Program-made: the position numbers and the translations under genes
In this document: positions 39,739-48,201 of the stretch, one piece after another
Layout: the number at the start of each line of letters is the position of its first letter
Position numbering within the stretch: position 1 is the stretch's first letter
The notes under the pieces: model-generated
Databases searched by the model: none
Told to the model about the DNA's origin: nothing
Seen by the model: the letters and a program-made list of their open reading frames with translations, nothing else
NCBI GenBank assembly: GCA_963707025.1
Contig: CAVPOM010000005.1
Coordinates: forward strand, 384,001 to 448,000
Source of the DNA: an uncultured Verrucomicrobiae bacterium
GTDB lineage: Bacteria > Verrucomicrobiota > Verrucomicrobiia > Limisphaerales > Palsa-1400
DNA: 64,000 nucleotides
Direction of reading: 5' to 3'

Positions 39739-41153
39739 CCAATGGAAAAAGCAAGGTTCTCGTGGTGGATGACGAGGAGGCGATCTGCCGGTTGATCTCC
39801 CACTTGTTGGAGCAGGAGGGCCTTGTCCCGCTGGTCGCGCTGGACGGAAAGACGGCCCTGCAACAACTGCGCAGCGCCGTGCCGGACACCATGATTGTGG
39901 ACCTGAAGCTGCCGGATTTGGACGGGCTGGAAATCCTGCGGCAGGCCAAAGCCCTGGATGCGGATCTGCCGGTGGTGATTCTGACCGCCCATGCCAAAGT
40001 CCACGGCGCGGTGGAGGCGATGCGGGCGGCCGCTTTCGATTATCTGGCCAAACCTTACGACCATCAGGAACTGCTCCGGGTCGTCCACCGCGCCCTGGCC
40101 CAACGGCAACTGAGCCTGAAGATCAAGCAACTCGCCGGCCAGACCTGCGCCAGCCATGATCTGACCGAAATCATGGGGCCGAGCGAAGCCATCGGCCGGC
40201 TGATTGCCGACCTGAACTGCGTCGCCAAATCCAACTTCAGCGTCGTCATCATCGGCGAAACCGGCTCCGGCAAGGAAGTCGTCGCCCAAGCCATTCATGG
40301 CAGCGGCCCCCGCGCCAAAGGCCCCTTTGTGCCAGTGGATACGGGCGCGATTCCGTACACCCTGTTTGAGGCGGAATTGTTCGGGCACGAAAAGGGGGCC
40401 TTCACCGGCGCCGCCGGCCGCAAGCCGGGCCGATTCGAGCAGGCCGGCGGCGGCACGCTCTTCCTGGACGAGATTTTGAACATGCCGCTGACCGCGCAGG
40501 CCAAAGTGCTGCGGGCGCTGCAAGAAAAATCCTTTTGCCGGGTCGGCGGCACCCAGCCGATCAAGATTGACGTGCGGGTGCTGGCGGCGGGCAACCAGGA
40601 TTTGGATGCGGCCGTGGCGGGGGGGCGCTTGCGGGCGGACTTGTTCTATCGGTTGAACGAGTTCACGCTGCGGATTCCGCCGCTCCGGGAGCGCAAGGAC
40701 GACCTGCTCTACCTGGCCAAACGCTTCCTGGATTTGACCGACCAGGAATTGAAAAAAACGGTGCTCGGATTTTCCGAGCCGGCCATGCAGGCCCTCCTCA
40801 ATTACCCGTGGCCGGGGAACGTCCGGCAACTGCGCTCCACCATCCGGCGGGCGGTGCTCCTGGCCGGCGAGGTGGTGACCGAGCAGCATTTGGATGTTCT
40901 TCAGGAGAACCATGAGCCGGGGCGGCCGGCCGCCCCGCCCGCCCAGGCGCAAGGCGCCCCCGCCGCCAAGCTTTCGCTCAAGGAAATCGTGGCGCAAAGC
41001 AGGACGGTTGTGGAGCGCGAGGTCTTGTTGCAAACCTTGCGTCAAACCGGCGGCAACAAAGCCAGGGCCGCCCGCCTGCTGCAAGTGGACTACAAAACCA
41101 TCCAGTCGAAGATCAAACACTACGGGATCAGCCCCAACAGGGAAACACTATGA
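39735..41153 (+). CDS. NtrC-family sigma54-dependent response regulator (GvrA-like)
   Basis: Receiver (VVDDE, D in IVDLKLP, K in LAKP); AAA+ GETGSGKE, GAFTGA, FLDEI and WPGNVRQL; Fis-type HTH. Confidence 0.95.
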   Translation: MTNGKSKVLVVDDEEAICRLISHLLEQEGLVPLVALDGKTALQQLRSAVPDTMIVDLKLPDLDGLEILRQAKALDADLPVVILTAHAKVHGAVEAMRAAAFDYLAKPYDHQELLRVVHRALAQRQLSLKIKQLAGQTCASHDLTEIMGPSEAIGRLIADLNCVAKSNFSVVIIGETGSGKEVVAQAIHGSGPRAKGPFVPVDTGAIPYTLFEAELFGHEKGAFTGAAGRKPGRFEQAGGGTLFLDEILNMPLTAQAKVLRALQEKSFCRVGGTQPIKIDVRVLAAGNQDLDAAVAGGRLRADLFYRLNEFTLRIPPLRERKDDLLYLAKRFLDLTDQELKKTVLGFSEPAMQALLNYPWPGNVRQLRSTIRRAVLLAGEVVTEQHLDVLQENHEPGRPAAPPAQAQGAPAAKLSLKEIVAQSRTVVEREVLLQTLRQTGGNKARAARLLQVDYKTIQSKIKHYGISPNRETL

Positions 41154-41671
41154 AGAAAAAAAACACGGATAAAAACCCACCCCAGGGCCAGGCCGGCGGC
41201 AATGTCGGCGGCATCCTCTCCGGACTGACCGGCCTGGTGGACAAGCTCAACGAACTGGCGGAAACGGGCGCCGTACTGCGGCGCGGCGGCGAAATTCACG
41301 GCGCCGGCCAGGGGCTTAAAGGCATCTACGGCTTTACGGTCAAGGTCGGCTTGGGCGACCAGGCCGCGCGCGTCGAGCCGTTCGGGAACATTCGCACCGA
41401 CAAAACCACCGGCCGGCCGGTGGTGGAGGAAATCCGGGAACCGGTGGTGGACCTGTTCGAGGAGCCGGACCACCTTCTCATTGTGGCCGAAATGCCGGGC
41501 ATCGGGGCGCCCGACGTGCGCCTCGAAGTCAAGGACGACGTGCTGACCATCACGGCGGCCAAAGGCGATAAAAAGTACCGCAAAGAGGTGCTCCTGCCCG
41601 GCAGTTATCCCAGGGAAAAAATGGGCCTCTCCTGCAACAACGGAGTGCTGGAAATCAAGTGTCTCAAATGA
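41150..41671 (+). CDS. gvpH: Hsp20/alpha-crystallin gas vesicle protein GvpH-like
   Basis: REPVVDLFEE..HLLIVAEMPG...KYRKEVLLP...NNGVLEI; located in the gvp cluster. Confidence 0.8.
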   Translation: MKKKNTDKNPPQGQAGGNVGGILSGLTGLVDKLNELAETGAVLRRGGEIHGAGQGLKGIYGFTVKVGLGDQAARVEPFGNIRTDKTTGRPVVEEIREPVVDLFEEPDHLLIVAEMPGIGAPDVRLEVKDDVLTITAAKGDKKYRKEVLLPGSYPREKMGLSCNNGVLEIKCLK

Positions 41672-41783
41672 AAGGCGGCGCCCTGATTTGAAGGTGGCAG
41701 CGTCGGCGCGCTGCGCCGATTTCGAGCCGCAGGCTCGACTCCACGCCAGATCAGGACACGGCCAAATGAAGGGAACCTGACGT

Positions 41784-43934
41784 ATGGACAAAACCGAATC
41801 GGCGCCGCTCAAACTCAAAGTGACCGAGGCCATCGGCAAAGACGTGGGCCGGGCCTTGGCCCGCCTCGGGCCGGAGGACCTGGAGCGGCTCCAAGCCGCC
41901 ACCGGGGACACCGTGGAAGTCGCCGGCAAACGCGCCACCGTCTGCAAAGTGATGCCGGCCTACAAGGAACTCCGCGGCCAATCCCGCGTGCAATTGGACG
42001 GCCTGACCCGCGAGAACGCCGGGGCCGCCCTGGATGAATTTGTCCAAGTGCGAAAAATTGCCGTGCGCCCGGCCCAGCGCATCGGCCTGGCCCCGCTGAC
42101 CATTGCCCCCGACAGCCGGGACCTGCCCTACATCGGCAGCCTGTTGGACGGCTTGCCGGTGCAGGCCGGGGACCGGATTCGGGCGGCCTTGTTTGGCAGC
42201 CGTTCCGCTGATTTCAAGGTGGAAAACACCCTGCCGCGCGGGCCGGTGCTGATTAATCCCACCACCGAACTGGTCATCGGCAAAGCCGAGGTCAAGGAGC
42301 GCGCCCGCATGGCCGTGCCTTATGAGGACATCGGCGGCCTCAAACCCCAATTGCACCGCATCCGGGAAATGATCGAACTGCCCCTGCGTTATCCGGAAGT
42401 CTTCGAGCGCCTGGGCATAGACGCGCCCAAAGGCGTGCTCTTGCACGGTCCCCCCGGTTGCGGCAAGACCCTCATCGCCCGCGCCATCGCCCATGAAACC
42501 GAAGCCCAATTCTTTGCCGTCAGCGGGCCGGAGATCATCCACAAATTCTACGGCGAGAGCGAGGCGCATCTGCGCAAGGTCTTCGACGAGGCCACCCGCC
42601 AGGGGCCGAGCATCATCTTCCTGGATGAGATAGACGCCATCGCCCCGCGGCGCGAGCAGGTCGCGGGCGAGGTGGAAAAAAGGGTCGTCGCCCAACTCCT
42701 GGCGCTGATGGACGGGCTGAACCAGCGGCAGAATGTCATTGTCATCGGCGCCACCAACCTGCCCAACGCCCTGGATCCGGCCTTGCGCCGGCCCGGCCGG
42801 TTTGACCGCGAAATCGCCATTCCCATTCCCGACCGCCGCGGGCGGCTGGACATCCTGGAAATCCACAGCCGGGGCATGCCCTTGCAGCCGGATGTGGACA
42901 TGACCCGCCTGGCCGAAATCACGCATGGTTTTGTCGGCGCGGACCTGGAGGCGCTCTGCCGGGAGGCGGCCATGATTTGCCTGCGGGACATTCTGGCCGA
43001 CCTGGATTTTTCCCTGGCGAAAATCCCTTGCCAGCGTCTGGCCGGCCTGGAAGTGCGCATGGACCATTTCCTGGCCGCCCTGCGGGAGGTCGAACCCTCG
43101 GCCATCCGGGAGGTCTTTGTCGAAGTGCCCAATGTGCGCTGGAGCGACGTCGGCGGGCTGGCCCGGCTCAAACAAAGGCTGGTCGAAGCCGTCGAGTGGC
43201 CCTTGCGTTACGCCCCGCTCTTTGCGCAAGCGGGCGTCCGCCCGCCCAAGGGCATCCTGCTCTGCGGCCCGCCCGGCTGCGGCAAGACCCTTTTGGCCAA
43301 AGCCATCGCAAACGAAAGCCAGGTCAATTTCATTTCCGTCAAAGGCCCGGCGCTCCTCTCAAAATATGTCGGGGAATCCGAGCGCCAGGTCCGCGACGTC
43401 TTTCGCAAGGCCCGCCAGGCCGCGCCCTGCATTATTTTCTTTGACGAACTGGACGCGGTCATGCCGGCGCGGGGCGGCGCCTCTTCGGACACGCCGGTCA
43501 GCGACCGGGTCTTGAGCCAATTCCTGGCCGAGTTGGACGGGATCGAAGATCTCAAAGGCGTTTTGGTGCTGGGGGCCACCAACCGGCTGGACCGGCTGGA
43601 TCCGGCCGTGCTCCGGCCCGGCCGTTTTGATGAAGTGGTGGAAATCCCCCTCTCGGACGAAGCGGAGCGGCGCGAGATTTTTGCAGTCCATCTCCGCGGC
43701 AAGCCGGTCGCGCCCAACGTCACCATCCCCGGCCTGGCGGCCAGGTCCGGCGGCTTCAGCGGGGCGCAAATCGCCTCGGTCTGCAACCTCGCCGCCTTCC
43801 GGGCGGTGCGCCGCGCGGTGGCGCTGGCCGCCGGTGCGGACACCGCCCAACCGCCGCCGGCGGCGCCGGCCAAGCCGCTGATCGAGGCGGATGACCTGGC
43901 GGCCGCGCTGGCAGAAGTTTCTCCCAAGCGATGA
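41784..43934 (+). CDS. CDC48/p97/VAT-family double AAA+ ATPase (positional equivalent of Serratia GvpZ)
   Basis: Double-psi-barrel-like N-domain (LKVTEA..KDVGRALARL); two GPPGCGKT Walker A motifs; FLDEID and FFDELD Walker B motifs; two RPGRFD arginine fingers. Confidence 0.93.
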   Translation: MDKTESAPLKLKVTEAIGKDVGRALARLGPEDLERLQAATGDTVEVAGKRATVCKVMPAYKELRGQSRVQLDGLTRENAGAALDEFVQVRKIAVRPAQRIGLAPLTIAPDSRDLPYIGSLLDGLPVQAGDRIRAALFGSRSADFKVENTLPRGPVLINPTTELVIGKAEVKERARMAVPYEDIGGLKPQLHRIREMIELPLRYPEVFERLGIDAPKGVLLHGPPGCGKTLIARAIAHETEAQFFAVSGPEIIHKFYGESEAHLRKVFDEATRQGPSIIFLDEIDAIAPRREQVAGEVEKRVVAQLLALMDGLNQRQNVIVIGATNLPNALDPALRRPGRFDREIAIPIPDRRGRLDILEIHSRGMPLQPDVDMTRLAEITHGFVGADLEALCREAAMICLRDILADLDFSLAKIPCQRLAGLEVRMDHFLAALREVEPSAIREVFVEVPNVRWSDVGGLARLKQRLVEAVEWPLRYAPLFAQAGVRPPKGILLCGPPGCGKTLLAKAIANESQVNFISVKGPALLSKYVGESERQVRDVFRKARQAAPCIIFFDELDAVMPARGGASSDTPVSDRVLSQFLAELDGIEDLKGVLVLGATNRLDRLDPAVLRPGRFDEVVEIPLSDEAERREIFAVHLRGKPVAPNVTIPGLAARSGGFSGAQIASVCNLAAFRAVRRAVALAAGADTAQPPPAAPAKPLIEADDLAAALAEVSPKR

Positions 43935-44809
43935 ACCCGAATTCCAACGGCGTGTTCTACGTTTACGGGTTCACCCAGGCCGGCCTCGCGCCGCCAACCG
44001 CGGGCGCGGCGGGGACGGCGGCGCGGGTTGGCTCCAACATTCTCAGAGGCGGCATGGATGAACCGCACCCTCCGTTTTTCCAGCGCAGCGGCGAGGTGGC
44101 AGCGGTCTTGAGCCGGGTTTCGCCATCTGAATTCTGCGGACCAACCGGTGAAAAGAATCTGCAAGACCTGGCCTGGCTCGCCCCGCGCGCCTGGCGGCAC
44201 CAGGTCGTGCTGGAGCAGGTCATGCGCCTGGGAGCGGTCTTGCCGGCGCCTTTCGCGACGCTGTTTTCCTCGGCGGCGAGCCTGGATGCTTTTATGCGGC
44301 GGCATGGCGCCGCCATGGACCGCTTTCTGGAGCGCGTGGGAGGCCAGGAAGAATGGTCCGTCCAAGGCTTCCTCGACCAGGCGCGCGCGGAGGCGCAATG
44401 GCTGGCCCGCCCCCGCTCCGGGGAGCCGTGCCTGTCAGGTTCCTTGCCCGGTGTGGCCTATTTGCAGAAACAAAACCGGCGCATCCAGGCCAGGGAAGAG
44501 TTGGACGACCGGCTGGCCGGGGCCTGCGGCGACCTCTTGCGCGACTTGAATCCCCTGGTTTCTGAAATTGTCCCGCGCCGCATTCTGGCGCGCCAGCCGC
44601 CGGACCCGGCGCGGGAGATGGTGCTCCATTGGGCCTTGCTCCTGCCCTCGGCGGCGGTGCCGGATTTTCGCGGCCGGATCGAGCGCGCCAACGCCGAACA
44701 AAATCCGGGCGGCTTGGCCTTCGCCGTGTCCGGTCCCTGGCCCCCCTACAGTTTCTGCCCGCTCCTGGAAGACGAGCCGGCGTGGGAACAGGCCTTCCTG
44801 GAGAAGTAG
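43931..44809 (+). CDS. GvpL/GvpF family gas vesicle protein
   Basis: FYVYGF, WLAPRAWRHQVVL, VLPAPFATLF, EEWSV and SGPWPPYSF. Confidence 0.9.
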   Translation: MNPNSNGVFYVYGFTQAGLAPPTAGAAGTAARVGSNILRGGMDEPHPPFFQRSGEVAAVLSRVSPSEFCGPTGEKNLQDLAWLAPRAWRHQVVLEQVMRLGAVLPAPFATLFSSAASLDAFMRRHGAAMDRFLERVGGQEEWSVQGFLDQARAEAQWLARPRSGEPCLSGSLPGVAYLQKQNRRIQAREELDDRLAGACGDLLRDLNPLVSEIVPRRILARQPPDPAREMVLHWALLLPSAAVPDFRGRIERANAEQNPGGLAFAVSGPWPPYSFCPLLEDEPAWEQAFLEK

Positions 44810-44813
44810 AACC

Positions 44814-46280
44814 ATGAGCACAGACCATGCCGAGGCCAAGGGCCATGACAGCCTTTACGAGATGTTGTTGAATGCAATTCCTTCGTCGGTCTTGCTCGTC
44901 GGGCGGGATTTGCGCATCACCCTGGCCAACCGGAATTTCTTGGAAAGAAGCCGGCGCACCCGGGAAGCGACGCTGGAGCGGCGGTTGCCGGAAGTCTTTC
45001 CGCCCGCCATTTTGGATCACACCCAGATCGTGCGGCGCATTCAAAGCGTTTTTGACACCAACAAGCCGACCACCGGCGAAAAAATCACCTACCGCGCGCC
45101 GGGCGGGCTGATGCGCATTTACTACTACCTGGTCCTCCCCCTGCCCGATCGGGACCAGGTGGAGTTTGCCATCCTGGTGATGGACGACGTGACGGAACGG
45201 GAGCGTTTGAGCGAGGACATCCGCCGCATGGAACGCCACCTCAGGATCGTGGTGGAGAGCACCAGCGAAATTATTCTTTCGACCGACACCGAGGGCCGGA
45301 TTCTCAGTTGGAACCAAGCCGCCGAGCAGATTTCCGGCTACACACCCCAGGAAGTGGCCGGGAAGCACTTTTGGGAATTTTGCGCCGGCGAGCATCAGGC
45401 CGGCGTGCGCCGCTTGTTCTCCGAACGGGAAGCGGGCAAATCCCCGCAGCGGTTGGAATGGAATTTGGTGACCAAAGCCGCCAGGGAGGTTCCCGTTTCC
45501 TGGATCTGTTCGCCCATGATGGACGACCAGGGCCAAAGCATCGGCCTTGTGGCCGTGGGGCGCAACCTGACCGAAAGCCGCAAGCTGGAAGCCCAATTGC
45601 TCCAGGCCCAAAAGCTGGCCGCCCTGGGGGTGATGGCCGGCGGCATTGCCCATGAGTTGCGCAATCCCCTGGCCATCTGTTCCTCCGCCGCCCAGTTCCT
45701 GATGGAGGAGCAAATCACCCCGGAGTTCCAGCGCGAATGCGCCCAAAAGGTGCAACAGGGCATGCAAAGGGCCTCCGGCATCATTGATCACCTCTTGAAA
45801 TTCGCCCGACCTTCCCAGCGGGGCGACCGCGTCAAGCTGGACCTGCTGGCCGTCCTGAACGAAACCCTGGCCTTGGTGGCCGATCAGGCCAAAATTCAAA
45901 ACATAAACGTCCAGGCGCAACTGCCCGAGGCGCCCGCCTTTGTGCAAGGCGACGCACACCTGCTCCAACAGGTCTTCATGAACCTGTTCCTCAACGCCAT
46001 CCACGCCATGCCCAACGGCGGCCAACTCCGTGTCGCCCTCGCCACCGCCCCACACCAGGTCAGTGTCCAGGTGGCCGACACCGGCCACGGCATCGCCGCG
46101 GCGGACCTGGGCAACCTCTTCGATCCCTTCTCCTCCAAGTCCAACGGCAGAATCGGCACCGGCCTGGGCCTGCCGCTTTCCTATGCCATTGTCCAACAGC
46201 ACGCCGGCGCCATTGAAGTGGACAGCGTGCCGGGACAAGGCAGCGCCTTCACGGTGCGCCTGGGCCTGAGTCCGGATTGA
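44814..46280 (+). CDS. Cytoplasmic double-PAS sensor histidine kinase (GvrB-like)
   Basis: Two PAS domains and no TM segment; H-box GGIAHELRNPL, N-box QVFMNLFLNA, DTGHGI and GTGLGL. Confidence 0.93.
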   Translation: MSTDHAEAKGHDSLYEMLLNAIPSSVLLVGRDLRITLANRNFLERSRRTREATLERRLPEVFPPAILDHTQIVRRIQSVFDTNKPTTGEKITYRAPGGLMRIYYYLVLPLPDRDQVEFAILVMDDVTERERLSEDIRRMERHLRIVVESTSEIILSTDTEGRILSWNQAAEQISGYTPQEVAGKHFWEFCAGEHQAGVRRLFSEREAGKSPQRLEWNLVTKAAREVPVSWICSPMMDDQGQSIGLVAVGRNLTESRKLEAQLLQAQKLAALGVMAGGIAHELRNPLAICSSAAQFLMEEQITPEFQRECAQKVQQGMQRASGIIDHLLKFARPSQRGDRVKLDLLAVLNETLALVADQAKIQNINVQAQLPEAPAFVQGDAHLLQQVFMNLFLNAIHAMPNGGQLRVALATAPHQVSVQVADTGHGIAAADLGNLFDPFSSKSNGRIGTGLGLPLSYAIVQQHAGAIEVDSVPGQGSAFTVRLGLSPD

Positions 46281-46296
46281 TCCCTGCGCCAAAGAC

Positions 46297-46833
46297 ATGA
46301 ACCGCGAATACCTTATTGTGGATGACGAGCCGGACCTGTGCTGGGTCTTGGAACATCTTTTAACCTCCCACGGGCTGCCTTGTCAAACGGCCCAGACCGC
46401 CCAAGCGGCCCTGGACTTGATGAAGGCCCACCGCTTCCGACTCGCCTTCCTGGATGTCACCCTCCCGGATATGAACGGACTGGAATTGGCCAGGCTTTTG
46501 CGCAAATTGGACCCCTTCCTCCGTTTCGTCATCGTCTCCGGCTACCTTTCCAGGGAAGCGGCGGCCGTGGCCCAGGCCCAGGCCAATGGACTCATTTGCG
46601 CCTGCATCAACAAACCTTTCCTCCACCAGGAAATCCTCGGCGTCATCCGCCATTTGGCGGCGGCGGACGCCGCGCGGCGGGGAGGTTTCGCCCCGCCAGT
46701 AGGGAGCGCGGGCCAGGGAACCTGTTCCCTAAAGCCGGCCGGCGGGCCGCTGCTGAATCTTAAAACCGGCGCCAACCCCGGCGCAGGCCAGGGCAAGCCC
46801 ATCCCGCCGGCTCCTCCCCGGGCCATGGCATGA
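46297..46833 (+). CDS. Single-domain response regulator (GvrC-like); the last ~50 codons overlap the gvpA promoter
   Basis: LIVDDE, FLDVTLPDMNG, VSGY and INKPF. Confidence 0.88.
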   Translation: MNREYLIVDDEPDLCWVLEHLLTSHGLPCQTAQTAQAALDLMKAHRFRLAFLDVTLPDMNGLELARLLRKLDPFLRFVIVSGYLSREAAAVAQAQANGLICACINKPFLHQEILGVIRHLAAADAARRGGFAPPVGSAGQGTCSLKPAGGPLLNLKTGANPGAGQGKPIPPAPPRAMA

Positions 46834-46893
46834 CTTATGCAGAAGCTCCCCGCGAGAACGATTCCAGGTGTTCTGGAAGCATCCTGAATGAGC
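46690..46893 (+). promoter_or_regulatory. Sigma54 promoter with upstream activator site for gvpA, copy 1 of a ~200-bp duplicated element
   Basis: TGGCATGACTTATGCA (GG-N10-GC) at 46826-46841; perfect palindrome AGGGAAC-CT-GTTCCCT at 46715-46730; near-ungapped similarity to 51902-52106. Confidence 0.85.
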
Positions 46894-46918
46894 GAAACAT
46901 TAAACACAAAGAACGAAT

Positions 46919-47137
46919 ATGGCAAAAGTCACAAAATCAACAGACTCCTCGAGTCTGGCGGAAGTGGTGGATCGAATTCTTGACAAGGGCATCGTCATTG
47001 ATGTTTGGGCCAAGGTTTCTCTGGTCGGAATCGAACTGGTTTCCATCGAAGCCCGCGTGGTCATCGCCTCCGTCGAGACCTACCTGAAGTATGCCGAGGC
47101 CATCGGCCTGACGGCCACCGCCGCGGCCCCAGCTTAA
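46919..47137 (+). CDS. gvpA: Major gas vesicle structural protein GvpA
   Basis: [55 protein letters not shown] is canonical GvpA. Confidence 0.98.
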   Translation: MAKVTKSTDSSSLAEVVDRILDKGIVIDVWAKVSLVGIELVSIEARVVIASVETYLKYAEAIGLTATAAAPA

Positions 47138-47154
47138 CAAGGAGGCGCCAGCCA

Positions 47155-47192
47155 GTGTCGGGCGGGGATTGATTCCATTCCCCGCCTGACGC
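47155..47192 (+). terminator. Strong stem-loop between gvpA and gvpC (mRNA stabiliser or partial terminator)
   Basis: GTCGGGCGGGGA...TCCCCGCCTGAC forms a 12-bp stem with one G-U pair; no U-tract follows. Confidence 0.55.
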
Positions 47193-47228
47193 AACCCTGG
47201 CCATCCTCCAGGCAGGAAAGGCTTTGCC

Positions 47229-47678
47229 ATGACCCATAATTTATCCAATGACATGACCCGCTTGTGCGGCGGCATCGCCGCCTTGCGGGACAGCCGCGCC
47301 AATTTCATGAGCCACCTCGCCCACACCCGCGCGGAAATGCAGGCGGCCATCAGCCGGTTGCTCGGCGGCTTCGCCGAGGCCCGATCCGGCATGGCCCAAC
47401 AAACCAAAGCCGAACTGGGTGGCTTTGTCGGCCGCGTCAAGGACGCGGTGACCGGGCTGCGGCAAAACGCCGCCCAATTGCAGGATGACTTCCGGGATGA
47501 CCTCGCGGGCGCCCACCGGGCCTGGCATGGCTCCGGCGCCGGTCCACGGCCGGCCCCAACGGCCGCCAAGCCCTCCCCCGGGCCGGGGAACCGTCCGACG
47601 AGCTGGCCCCAAAAGCGAGAAAGAAGAAACGGTAGGACCAGCCCGCCGCCGCTTATCAGAACAGTTTGGCCTCAATGA
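47229..47678 (+). CDS. gvpC: GvpC-like amphipathic helical gas vesicle outer protein
   Basis: Directly follows gvpA; helical pattern R..FM..L...R.EM....LL.GF..AR..MA......L..F and AHRAW, resembling GvpC repeats. Confidence 0.65.
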   Translation: MTHNLSNDMTRLCGGIAALRDSRANFMSHLAHTRAEMQAAISRLLGGFAEARSGMAQQTKAELGGFVGRVKDAVTGLRQNAAQLQDDFRDDLAGAHRAWHGSGAGPRPAPTAAKPSPGPGNRPTSWPQKRERRNGRTSPPPLIRTVWPQ

Positions 47679-47931
47679 CCGGGAAGTAAGGGTTGTTGTG
47701 TTGCATAGGTTGCATGGGCTGCATGGGAGGGCGCCGCGCCAGAGCGGCAGAGGGACTATCGGTCATTGAGGCTGTTCTGGCCGGCAAGCCCCGGCCTTGC
47801 CAACAATCAAATATCTGACAACCCCTCAATATCTTTGCCAGCCCAGCGCCCTCGCCGGGCGTTTCTTTATCCGGCTGCTATCCGCCGCTTCCTTTGCCCC
47901 GCCAAGAAAAACCCGTCCCTCCTTTCCTTCC

Positions 47932-48004
47932 TGTAGCGGCGGCCTATGACCGCCGCAAACCAGGGGAATGTGCGGCATGGCGACAGTCCTGGACCGCCGC
48001 TCCA
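47932..48004. repeat. GTAG-family REP doublet (REPIN-like), family A, intergenic copy
   Basis: TGTAGCGGCGGCCTATGACCGCCGCAAACCAGGGGAA...GACCGCCGCTCCA; 73 bp, the same length as the copy at 55679-55751. Confidence 0.8.
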
Positions 48005-48045
48005 GGCGTTGTGCAGAGGTCCCTTTCCCATAGCGGTTTTCGGAC

Positions 48046-48074
48046 ATGTAACCGGCCTGTAACCAAACCGCAAT
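48046..48074 (+). promoter_or_regulatory. Pho-box-like 11-bp-phased direct repeats upstream of the phosphoesterase
   Basis: ATGTAAC-cggc-CTGTAAC-caaa-CCGCAAT, resembling the PhoB CTGT(C/A)A(C/T) units. Confidence 0.4.
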
Positions 48075-48201
48075 ATCAGTAACCGAATTATTACAATCGT
48101 CACGTTTACTTTTTCGGGATGGGCGTGATTAAGTTGGCGCGCCAATACGGCATGTTAATAAAAGGAATAAGAAAACAAAATTGCACTTAAAAAAGTTACC
48201 T

